From positions 3,016,161-3,080,160 of the forward strand of contig OY839116.1 of assembly GCA_963692775.1 (NCBI GenBank): 64,000 bases of DNA, given 5' to 3'. This DNA comes from Dehalococcoidia bacterium. Lineage in GTDB: Bacteria; Chloroflexota; Dehalococcoidia; UBA2979. Shown in pieces: positions 39,440 through 47,890 of the stretch (position 1 is the first letter of the stretch; every line of letters starts with the position of its first letter). Both the position numbers and the translations under genes were made by a program. The notes beneath the pieces were generated by a model. It did no database searches and had not been told where the DNA came from. It saw only the letters and a program-made list of their open reading frames with translations.

Positions 39440-39757
39440 ATGACTACTAGCACGGCCCCTGACCCACAGCTCCTGTCCCCGATCCACCCGGGCGAGATCC
39501 TCAACGAGGAGTTCCTGCTACCGATGGGGATTACGCAGTACCGGCTGGCCAAGTCGATCGGCGTCGACGCGCGCCGGATCCACTCCATCGTCCACGGGCA
39601 GCGATCCATCACCGCCGAGACGGCCCTGCTGTTGTCGCGCTTCTTCGGAAACTCGGCGGCCTTCTGGATGGGCCTCCAGAGCCAGTACGACCTCGAGACC
39701 GCCGAGGACCGCCTCGCCGGCCGGCTTGAGGCGGTGACGGCCCACCCGCGGGGGTAG
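39440..39757 (+). CDS. higA: HigA antitoxin (XRE-family HTH)
   Basis: IHPGEILNEEFLLPMGITQYRLAKSIGVDARRIHSIV HTH. Confidence 0.8.
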   Translation: MTTSTAPDPQLLSPIHPGEILNEEFLLPMGITQYRLAKSIGVDARRIHSIVHGQRSITAETALLLSRFFGNSAAFWMGLQSQYDLETAEDRLAGRLEAVTAHPRG

Positions 39758-39763
39758 CCTTCC

Positions 39764-40435
39764 TCAGCTGTTCGTGAAGCGCGGCTCGCGTCGCTTGATG
39801 AAGGCGGCGACGGCTTCCTTGTGGTCGGCGGTCATCATCGACATGCCCTCGGCGGCCAGCGAGTAGTGCATCACGTCGTTCGACATCGCGAGCAGCACGC
39901 GGTTGATCGAGCGCTTCGTCGAACGCACGGCGTAGGGCGCGCCCGCCGCCAGCTTCGAGGCGATCGCCAGCGCCTCGTCGAGCAGCTCGTCGTCCTCGAC
40001 GACCTTGAAGACGAGGCCGATCCGCTCGGCCGTCTCGGCGTCGAGGCGCTCGCCGGTCATCAGGTAGTACTTGGCGTGTTGCGGCCCGGCGAGCAGCGGC
40101 CACAGCAGCGCCCCGCCATCGCCGGCGGTGAGGCCGACCGAGACGTGCGGGTCCGCGAAGACGGCGCTGCGTCCGGCGATCACGATGTCGCCGAGCAGCG
40201 CCGTCGTGCAGCCGAAGCCGAGCGCGTAGCCCTTGACGGCGGTGATCACCGGCTTGTCGTTGTTGAGGAAGCCCTCGACGATCTCGCGCGGCTCGCCGAG
40301 CACGTCGAGCGGGCTCATCCCCTCGCCCCCGCCGCCGAGCCGCTGCTGCACGTCGGCGCCGGAGCAGAAGGAGCGCCCCGCGCCGGTAATCACGGCGGCG
40401 CGCGCTGGCGGGGCGTCTATGATGCGTGGCTGCAT
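39764..40435 (-). pseudogene. N-terminally truncated duplicate of the enoyl-CoA hydratase gene at 41724..42542
   Basis: About 97% DNA identity to 41724..~42347 over ~620 bp. It lacks the first ~60 codons and has no RBS. Confidence 0.6.
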
Positions 40436-40469
40436 CGCGACGTGCCGCGCATACCGAAGGAGGCCCGAG

Positions 40470-41318
40470 GTGGGCGACTACGAGAACATCCTCTACGAGA
40501 CCGACGACGACCAGATCGCAACCATCACCCTCAACCGTCCGAACCAGATGAACGCGATCTCCCCGGACCTCGAGCGCGAGCTCCATGAGGCCCTCGACGA
40601 GGCGGCCGCTGACGACTCGGTGCGCACGATCATCCTCACCGGCGCGGGCCGTGCGTTCTCCGCGGGCTACGACATCGGCCGCGAGCGCGAGGCACCCAGC
40701 ACGCGCAGCGCGACGCTGGCGCAGTGGATGCCGAAGGACATGAACCACACCGACCACGTGATGCACATCATGGAGCTGGACAAGCCCGTGATCGCCGCCG
40801 TCAACGGCTGGGCGCTCGGCGGTGGGTTCTGGTACACCCTCGCCTGCGACATCACCATCGCGTCCGAGCAGGCCGCGTTCGGCCAGCCCGAGGTGCGCAT
40901 GGTGTCGAACACCTCGTTCCTCTTCCCTGCCCTCGTCGGCTGGAAGGTGGCGGCCCGCTACGCGCTCACCGGTGACCACTTCGGCCCCGAGGAAGCCGTG
41001 CGCATCGGCGCCATCAACGAGGTCGTCCCGCACGACGAGCTGATGTCGCGCGCACGCGAGATGGCGAAGCGGCTGGCGATGGTGCCGTCCGACTCCGTGC
41101 GGCTCAACAAGAAGCTCACCACGCTCGGCTTCCACGCGATGGGCCTGCGCAACGCCGTCCAGACCGGCGGACTGATCTCCATCCTCGCGCACGCCTCGAC
41201 AGACGCCGAGGAAGTCGCCGACATGTACGAGGTGCAGCGCAACGAGGGCCTCGGCGCCTTCCTGAAGATGCGCGACGCCAAGTTCATCCCCGAGCCGGGC
41301 GGCCCGCGCTCGCGGTAA
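40470..41318 (+). CDS. enoyl-CoA hydratase/isomerase family protein
   Basis: Crotonase fold (ILTGAGRAFSAGYD). GTG start with a GAAGGAGG RBS. Confidence 0.8.
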   Translation: MGDYENILYETDDDQIATITLNRPNQMNAISPDLERELHEALDEAAADDSVRTIILTGAGRAFSAGYDIGREREAPSTRSATLAQWMPKDMNHTDHVMHIMELDKPVIAAVNGWALGGGFWYTLACDITIASEQAAFGQPEVRMVSNTSFLFPALVGWKVAARYALTGDHFGPEEAVRIGAINEVVPHDELMSRAREMAKRLAMVPSDSVRLNKKLTTLGFHAMGLRNAVQTGGLISILAHASTDAEEVADMYEVQRNEGLGAFLKMRDAKFIPEPGGPRSR

Positions 41319-41336
41319 GCCAAGGGCACGGGCTCC

Positions 41337-41480
41337 GTGACGGAGCAAGACACGACGGCGGCGCTGCCGGACCTCGACGCGATCCGGCGCGCCACCGACG
41401 TGCTCGGCGAGCACCTCTCGCTGCCCACGCCGCTCGTCTACTCACCCGCGCTGTCGGAAGCTGGAATCCAGTTGGCCCGC
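41337..41480 (+). pseudogene. 5' remnant (~47 codons) of a gene, possibly a fold-type II PLP enzyme, cut off by the rearrangement
   Basis: MTEQDTTAALPDLDAIRRATDVLGEHLSLPTPLVYSPALSEAGIQLA has good codon usage, which then collapses into non-coding sequence. Confidence 0.35.
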
Positions 41481-41723
41481 CGGCCTGGCTGCCGCCTCGA
41501 TGGATCGTCGCGCCCTCGTGGGTTCGTGCCCGCCGGGCGTCGGAGAGCGAGCGCTGCGCGCCGCTCAGCCCACCCACCCGCCCTCGGAGTTTCTTTGTGT
41601 GTGGGGGCGGAGCCCCCACGCCCCCGCCGGATCAGGCTCGGGCGGTGCAACCCTCGCACGCGTACGGAGGTTCTGATGGCGTCCGCTCCCGTCTCCCCGG
41701 GGGAAGGGTGGGGGAGGGCGCTC

Positions 41724-42542
41724 CTAGCTGTTCGTGAAGCGCGGCTCGCGTCGCTCAATGAACGCTGCGACGGCTTCCTTGTGGTCGGCGGTCATCATCG
41801 ACATGCCCTCGGCGGCGAGCGAGTAGTGCATCACGTCGTTCGACATCGCGAGCAGCACGCGGTTGATCGAGCGCTTCGTCGAGCGCACGGCGTAGGGTGC
41901 GCCGGCCGCGAGCTTCGAGGCGATCGCCAACGCCTCGTCGAGCAGGTCGTCGTCCTCGACGACCTTGAAGACGAGGCCGATCCGCTCGGCGGTCTCGGCG
42001 TCGAGGCGCTCGCCGGTCATCAGGTAGTACTTGGCGTGCTGCGGCCCCGCGAGGAGCGGCCAGAGCAGCGCGCCGCCGTCGCCGGCGGTGAGGCCGACCG
42101 AGACGTGCGGGTCGGCGAAGACGGCGCTGCGCCCGGCGATCACGATGTCGCCGAGCAGCGCGGTGGTGCAACCGAAGCCGAGCGCGTAGCCCTTGACGGC
42201 GGTGATCACCGGCTTGTCGTTGTTGAGGAAGCCCTCGACGATCTCGCGCGGCTCGCCGAGCACGTCGAGCGGGCTCATCCCCTCGCCCCCGCCACCGAGC
42301 CGCTGCTGCACATCGGCGCCGGAGCAGAAGGAGCGACCGGCGCCCGTGATCACGGCGGCCAGCACGTCCGGATCCTCCTGGATATCGCCTGGCAGCTGTG
42401 CGAACTCCGCGTGCATCACGGCGGTCGAGGCGTTGTGCCGCTCCGGCCGGTTGAGCGTGATCAGCGCGACCCCATCGTCGCGCTTCTCGATCAACATCTC
42501 CGCATAGTTCGCCTGGTCGAGCGTCCTGGCCTCACGCGGCAT
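41724..42542 (-). CDS. enoyl-CoA hydratase/isomerase family protein (intact copy)
   Basis: Start refined to MPREARTLDQ with a GAGGAGG RBS. AVITGAGRSFCSGAD motif. Confidence 0.8.
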   Translation of the reverse strand: MPREARTLDQANYAEMLIEKRDDGVALITLNRPERHNASTAVMHAEFAQLPGDIQEDPDVLAAVITGAGRSFCSGADVQQRLGGGGEGMSPLDVLGEPREIVEGFLNNDKPVITAVKGYALGFGCTTALLGDIVIAGRSAVFADPHVSVGLTAGDGGALLWPLLAGPQHAKYYLMTGERLDAETAERIGLVFKVVEDDDLLDEALAIASKLAAGAPYAVRSTKRSINRVLLAMSNDVMHYSLAAEGMSMMTADHKEAVAAFIERREPRFTNS

Positions 42543-42676
42543 GTTGGTCCTCCTCGGTCGCGCGGGGGAGGGTAGCACTGGGGTGGGGGTGGGGCTGGAG
42601 CGCGCCGGCAGCCCGGAACCGATTCGTGCGGCAGAGGCTGGTTCTGTGGCGTACTACACCACTTCTACACACTATT

Positions 42677-42706
42677 GACAGAATAGACCGGAGGCTGCTA
42701 CATAGA
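42677..42706 (+). promoter_or_regulatory. putative sigma-70-like promoter for the island operon
   Basis: TTGACA-N18-TACATA about 25 nt upstream of the 42732 ATG. Adjacent CTACAC direct repeats. Confidence 0.4.
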
Positions 42707-42731
42707 AGGTCGCAATGAGAGGGAGAGCGGG

Positions 42732-43220
42732 ATGTCGGACCGAAATGGCGTGGGTGAGGACGGATTCCGCGCGGCCTTGGTTGGCCGCCGCGAGGCTCTT
42801 GCAGCGGAGCGCGAGGCGGTGAGCGCGCAGATCAGCAAGCGGGAGCGGAGGCGCTCCGAGATTGAGGAGCAGATCGGACACATCGACGCCCTGCTCGGCA
42901 ATGACGCGGCCGCCGACTCCGCTGCCACACCCCCGACTCCCGAGGCCCGCGACTCCGCTTCCGGCAACGAGACGGCCGATCTGGTGGTTGACCTGCTGCG
43001 CGAAGTCGGGGAGCCCCTCCACTACCGCGAGATCGAGCGGGAACTGCGCGAGCGTGGCGTCCTGAGGGTTGAGGGCAAGAACCCCGCCAACACGCTGCTG
43101 TCCCGATTCTTCAACGACCCACGGCTGTACAGGCCCCGCCGCGGCACCTACGCGCTGCGCAACGGGAGCGCCGCGCGATCGGTCGGTACGAGGCGTAGGC
43201 GCGCGCGCCGGGGGAAGTAG
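42732..43220 (+). CDS. coiled-coil protein with a C-terminal HARE-HTH/Mrr_N-like winged-helix domain (162 aa)
   Basis: N-terminal heptad-like charged helix. C-terminal EPLHYREIERELRERGVL...NPANTLLSRFFNDPRLYRPRRGTYALR pattern. RBS GAGGGAG. Confidence 0.6.
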   Translation: MSDRNGVGEDGFRAALVGRREALAAEREAVSAQISKRERRRSEIEEQIGHIDALLGNDAAADSAATPPTPEARDSASGNETADLVVDLLREVGEPLHYREIERELRERGVLRVEGKNPANTLLSRFFNDPRLYRPRRGTYALRNGSAARSVGTRRRRARRGK

Positions 43221-43222
43221 TC

Positions 43223-45505
43223 ATGGTACAGGCTCAGTGGCCGCTTCCCGGCACGGATCGCGCTACCCGTGAACTCCTTGAGGCGCTCTTGGAGGCAGAG
43301 ACAGAGGCTGACGTGCATGCATGTCTCGATCAGGCGGGCATGCTTGATGACTCGTACTGGCAGCCGTATGGAGGCGTGCAGAACAACAGCGGCACCTTCT
43401 TCAACCAACAGGCGAGCCCGCGAGGCGCGCTTGTCGAGAAGATTGTCAATAGCATCGACGCTGTCCTGATGGCCAAGGCTTTCGAGCACGCTGATTTGCT
43501 GAGTGGTTCCCCGCCAGATTCGATGTTTGGGGCTGCGGACCGCTATTTCGACATCCGCGACGGCCGCCTCTCCGAGGTTCCGGCGGGAGAACGGAGGGCG
43601 ATCGCTCGGCAAGCGGTCCAAGTCGTGCTCTCCGGCAACCGGAGCCCGGGTCGCCCGACCATCACGATCGCCGATCAGGGTGAGGGCCAGAACCCCGAGT
43701 CGTTCCCGGGCACCTTCCTGTCGCTGTCAGCCACGAACAAGATGAAGATCCCGTTCGTCCAAGGGAAGTTCAACATGGGTTCTGCGGGAGCAGTGCCGTT
43801 CTGTGGAGTGCAGCAGAACTACCAGTTGATCCTCTCTCGCAGGCACCCTGCGATACCGGACTCGAACGGACGTTGGGGATTCACGGTCGTGCGCCGTCGT
43901 CCCCCTAAGCCGGATGAGCGAGCTTCTCAGTTCGAGTATCTCGCTCCAGATGGTGCGGTGCTCAGTATCGGCGCAGACACCGTGCCGCTATGGAAGAACG
44001 GTGACGGAAGCACTTCGGAAGTAGGACACGGCAGCCTCGTACGACTGTACGAGTACGATATCCAAGAACGGACTGCCGCGAACTTTGACTTTTCCCGGAT
44101 GCTGAATCGCCGACTGTACCGGCTACCACTACCGATCCAGGTCATCGAGACCCGAGGCTTTAGGCGGGCCAACAACGAGGAAGTCGTCCCCGGCTTGGCT
44201 ACGCGACTCGATGAGGATACGTCCAATGATGTGGAACACGGCTTTCCCGTGTCCGACCGCATAAGGGTTGAGGGTGTCGGGTGGGTGCGCGTCTCACTGA
44301 TCCCGTTCCGTGAAGACGTGAACATCAGCCACTGGGTGACCGCATCTGAGAGCGTGATATTCACGGTGAATGGTCAAGCGCACGCATTCGAGGCACGGGA
44401 CTTCTTGCGGCGCGACACGCGAAGCGGGGCAAACTACCGTTATCTGGCGCAGAGCTTGCTAGTTGAGGTTGACTGCTCCGAACTAGGCAGCATCGAGCAG
44501 TTGTTCATGGGCTCTCGCGACCGAATGCGGGACGGCGAACAACGCACTGCGCTTCTGCGTGCACTTGCGGGGCACCTTCGTCGGCATAAGGGGCTCCGCG
44601 AGCTGAATCACAAGCGACGCGAGGCAGCGATACAGCGCTCAGTCAAGAGCAACGTCAAGACCAGTGAGATGTTTGAGAAAATGATCGCTGCGTCGCCCAC
44701 GATAGCGGCTTTGCTCAGCGGCGGAGCTATCCCAGCGCCCGTCGCCCCAACGCCGCCACCGGTTGTCGTTCCATTTGAGGGGCAGCGGTTCCCGACTTTC
44801 CTCAAGTGGGCCAAGGGCGGTCCTGTACGCGAGAAGCGCTGTCACCTTGGGTCGTACTGCCTGCTCGAGCTTGAGACGGATGCTTCCAACGACTTCCTCT
44901 CGCGATCGATCGAGCCCGGGATTCTTGATGTCGCCCCATCAGGCTGGTCAGTGAGCGAGAAGCTATGGGACGGGAGCCTTCAGATTCGGTTGGAACCACC
45001 GGTTGGCATCCAGTCGGGGCAGAAAATCCCGCTTAGGGTCACGCTCATGTCTGATGCTCCACCGGAAGTTCCAGATGTGCTCGAAGTCGAAGGTCGACTT
45101 GTGGTCGATCCACCTGTCGAGAGTCCGCCGCCGCCGCCGCCTCCTCCTCCCCGGCCGAAGGTTGCTCCACCAGAGATTCTGGAGGTGAGGAGGGATGCTT
45201 GGTCAGCTCACGACTTTGACGAGCATTCGATTGCTCGCGTGGACAAGGCGGATGGTAAGACCATCGTGTTCGTCAACATGGATAGTCAGGGGTTGGTCGC
45301 CTACGTACGCACCGAGCGGCAGCGAAGAAGCGAGCTTGAGGAGATGTACAAGCTTGCGGTGGCTCCCACCGCCATCTCACTGGAGCGGGCTGTTGCGGAC
45401 GAGGAAATCACGAGCGCGCAGGCGGACAAGGCTCTAGCCGCCGTAGGCGCTGTATTGCTCCCCGCCGTCGACTTCGCGGCGAAGGTCGCGCAAGAGGCGG
45501 AGTAG
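43223..45505 (+). CDS. MORC/HATPase_c_3-like GHKL ATPase, 760 aa, with long unassigned C-terminal region and a poly-Pro tract
   Basis: N-box ALVEKIVNSIDAV, G1 ITIADQGEGQN, G2 QGKFNMGSAGAV. Starts 2 nt after the upstream stop. GC is about 58%. Confidence 0.7.
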   Translation: MVQAQWPLPGTDRATRELLEALLEAETEADVHACLDQAGMLDDSYWQPYGGVQNNSGTFFNQQASPRGALVEKIVNSIDAVLMAKAFEHADLLSGSPPDSMFGAADRYFDIRDGRLSEVPAGERRAIARQAVQVVLSGNRSPGRPTITIADQGEGQNPESFPGTFLSLSATNKMKIPFVQGKFNMGSAGAVPFCGVQQNYQLILSRRHPAIPDSNGRWGFTVVRRRPPKPDERASQFEYLAPDGAVLSIGADTVPLWKNGDGSTSEVGHGSLVRLYEYDIQERTAANFDFSRMLNRRLYRLPLPIQVIETRGFRRANNEEVVPGLATRLDEDTSNDVEHGFPVSDRIRVEGVGWVRVSLIPFREDVNISHWVTASESVIFTVNGQAHAFEARDFLRRDTRSGANYRYLAQSLLVEVDCSELGSIEQLFMGSRDRMRDGEQRTALLRALAGHLRRHKGLRELNHKRREAAIQRSVKSNVKTSEMFEKMIAASPTIAALLSGGAIPAPVAPTPPPVVVPFEGQRFPTFLKWAKGGPVREKRCHLGSYCLLELETDASNDFLSRSIEPGILDVAPSGWSVSEKLWDGSLQIRLEPPVGIQSGQKIPLRVTLMSDAPPEVPDVLEVEGRLVVDPPVESPPPPPPPPPRPKVAPPEILEVRRDAWSAHDFDEHSIARVDKADGKTIVFVNMDSQGLVAYVRTERQRRSELEEMYKLAVAPTAISLERAVADEEITSAQADKALAAVGAVLLPAVDFAAKVAQEAE

Positions 45506-45508
45506 CCC

Positions 45509-46702
45509 CTACAACTCCCGCGGCACCCGCTTCGAGGGCAGGCGGACGGTGGCGAGGCCGGGGAGGGTGAGGCGGCCGCGCTGGTTTTCGCCGCGGATCT
45601 CGATGTCCACCAGCGTCTCGTCGTTTTCGAGGTAGGTGCGGGTCACGGTGCCGCGCAGCCAGGTGGTGTCGCCCATCAGGTTGAAGCCGCGCAGCTCGCC
45701 GCGCAGGCGCTTGAGGAAGCCGTCGTCGCCCATCCAGTTCTCGATCAGCGTGCCCGCCCACGAGATGCGCTGCGGGCCGAAGTCGTAGGCGCCGGGCACG
45801 CCCACCTGCGCCGCGACCTCGCGCAGCTGGTGGCCCATGCCCGTGTACTCGAGGCCCTGTCCGGCCTCGGGGTTGCGGAAGTAGTGGCCGGGGTGGCGGC
45901 GCGCCTCCTTGAGCGCGGCGCCGTGGGCGCGCCCTCGCCCGGTGCCGACCAGCCAGGCGGTGACGTCCGAGGTGGTGAGCGGCCCGCGCGCGATCGGGTC
46001 CAGCTCGTCGCCGGCCTGCACGTCCTCCCAGTAGCGGGTCTCGCCGCCGCGGATGCGCTCGTCCTCGCTGTATTGCGCCTGCTCGATCTCGTACAGCTCC
46101 TCGGCGCCGTAGTCATGGGCGCGTCCGCCGCCGGTGACGGAGTCGTCGCGCGTCTCCTTGCCGCGCTCGCGGGCGGCGGCGCGCTCGTGGCGCGTGTTCC
46201 AGCCGCGCACCCTGGCGATCCGCTCGCCGCGCTGGTTGGTGAAGGTGGTCTCGACGTGGATGATGACGAGCTTGCCGGAGAAGCGACTCTCCTTCTCCTC
46301 GAAGCCGAGCATGCGCTCCACGCTGTCGATACGGTCGCCGAGCCGGATCTCACGTTCGAAACGGAAGTCGTTGCCGGCGTGGAAGCCGTGGACGCCGGGC
46401 AGGCCGAAGCGGGTGCGGCCGGGCCAGGTGCGCGCGTAGAGGAAGCAGCCGGGCGCGATCAGGCCGCCCCAGCGGGTCCACTTCGCGTACTCCTCGTCGC
46501 GGTGCAGCGGGTTGAGGTCGCCGATGCCGTTGCAGAAGTTGGTGACGGTGTCGATCGTCGCCTCGCGGATGTAGCGCTCGGGGCGCATCTGCAGGCCGGT
46601 GATGCGGCGCAGGTCGTCGAGCGCCTCGGGGGTGATGCGGCCCTCGGGCAGGTCGAGGCCGGAGGGCGGTCCGGAGGCCGCTGCGGAGTCGGTCGTGGTC
46701 AT
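45509..46702 (-). CDS. MaoC-like (double hot-dog) dehydratase/hydratase
   Basis: N-terminal hot-dog half plus C-terminal MaoC half read from the translation. Confidence 0.65.
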   Translation of the reverse strand: MTTTDSAAASGPPSGLDLPEGRITPEALDDLRRITGLQMRPERYIREATIDTVTNFCNGIGDLNPLHRDEEYAKWTRWGGLIAPGCFLYARTWPGRTRFGLPGVHGFHAGNDFRFEREIRLGDRIDSVERMLGFEEKESRFSGKLVIIHVETTFTNQRGERIARVRGWNTRHERAAARERGKETRDDSVTGGGRAHDYGAEELYEIEQAQYSEDERIRGGETRYWEDVQAGDELDPIARGPLTTSDVTAWLVGTGRGRAHGAALKEARRHPGHYFRNPEAGQGLEYTGMGHQLREVAAQVGVPGAYDFGPQRISWAGTLIENWMGDDGFLKRLRGELRGFNLMGDTTWLRGTVTRTYLENDETLVDIEIRGENQRGRLTLPGLATVRLPSKRVPREL

Positions 46703-46945
46703 CGTTCGCGCCCTTCGCTGCTGCGGGATCGCGCGCCGCGCGCGACATGCGGAGCGTCTGTCGCCGCTCGATGCGTGTCAAGGCGCGGGCGGGGGCCGTC
46801 AGGCCGGCGGGGCGGCGCGGATGAGGCGAATGGGCTTCCGGTGCGTGTCAGGCGCGGGGAGCGCCGATCGTGCGGTCGGCAGGAGTCGATGAAGGCTGCC
46901 CTGTACAGTTGCCCGTACGCTGCGCTGTTGACGGGTGGGCGGCCG

Positions 46946-47560
46946 ATGACCCTCTCCGAAGCCCGTGCTCGTGTTGTCGAGGCGATTCGCCGCTCTCTCG
47001 CGTCCGGCGCCGAGCCTCTCGTGGTGAGTCTCGACGGCCGCAGCGGCGCCGGGAAGTCCACGCTGGCGTCGCGGGTGGCCGGGGAGACGGGCGCCGCAGT
47101 CGTCCCGCTGGACGACTTCTTCGCGGCGTCGATCCCCGATGCCGAGTGGGACCGGATGACCGTCGAGGAGCGCGCGGCGAACGTCTTCGACTGGGCGCGG
47201 TTCCGCTCGGAGGCCCTTGAAGCGTTGATCGCGGGGCGAACCGCCCGCTGGCGCGGGTTTGACTTCGACGCCGGGCCGCGCGCCGACGGAACCTACGAAA
47301 CGAAGACCGCGGCGATCGAGCTTGAACCGGCCTCCGTCATCATCATCGACGGCGCCTACTCGTCCGGGCCGCAACTCGCCGACCTCGTTGGTCTGGCGGT
47401 GCTGGTGGAGGCTCCGGCCGGGGAGCGGCGAGCGCGGCTGGCCGGACGCGAGGAGGCGCGGTTCCTCGCCCGCTGGCACGCCCGTTGGGACGCGGTCGAG
47501 GATTACTACTTCTCCGAGGTCAGGCCTCGCAGCTCGTTCGACCTCACGGTCACCTGCTAG
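46946..47560 (+). CDS. P-loop kinase (uridine-kinase/AAA-like)
   Basis: LDGRSGAGKSTLA Walker A. The start could be 46889 or 46946. Confidence 0.6.
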   Translation: MTLSEARARVVEAIRRSLASGAEPLVVSLDGRSGAGKSTLASRVAGETGAAVVPLDDFFAASIPDAEWDRMTVEERAANVFDWARFRSEALEALIAGRTARWRGFDFDAGPRADGTYETKTAAIELEPASVIIIDGAYSSGPQLADLVGLAVLVEAPAGERRARLAGREEARFLARWHARWDAVEDYYFSEVRPRSSFDLTVTC

Positions 47561-47890
47561 CGGTGTCCGCGGGCGGGGCAAGGGGAAGCAAAGGGCCGGG
47601 CTTGACGCCCGGCCCATGCGTTGCGAGTCCGACGAAACGGGCTCACTGGCCTGCGCACCCAAACGGATCGTCGCTCCCGGGAGGCGCGTTGTCAAAGGGG
47701 GCAGCGCGCCTCCGCTCCAGTCCCTCTCCCGGTCCCCCGTCATTCCGGCGAAAGCCGGAATCCAGGTACGCCAACCCACCGCGCTGGGGGGAGACCATCT
47801 GCCATCGGGGCCTTCGGGGGCGGGGGGAGTCCTCCCCCTCACCCCGGCCCTCTCCCCAGGGAGAGGGGGGCGGAGGGGAGGCGGCCCGGC

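Noticed and set aside
42579-45508. Transposase or integrase delimiting the low-GC island
   Set aside because: Neither protein has DDE, tyrosine-recombinase or serine-recombinase motifs. No terminal inverted repeats or target duplications were found, so the mobility mechanism is unknown.
45830-47560. 576-aa plus-strand ORF
   Set aside because: Only the last ~205 codons (the P-loop kinase from 46946) are coding-like. The 5' part is antisense to the MaoC-like gene.
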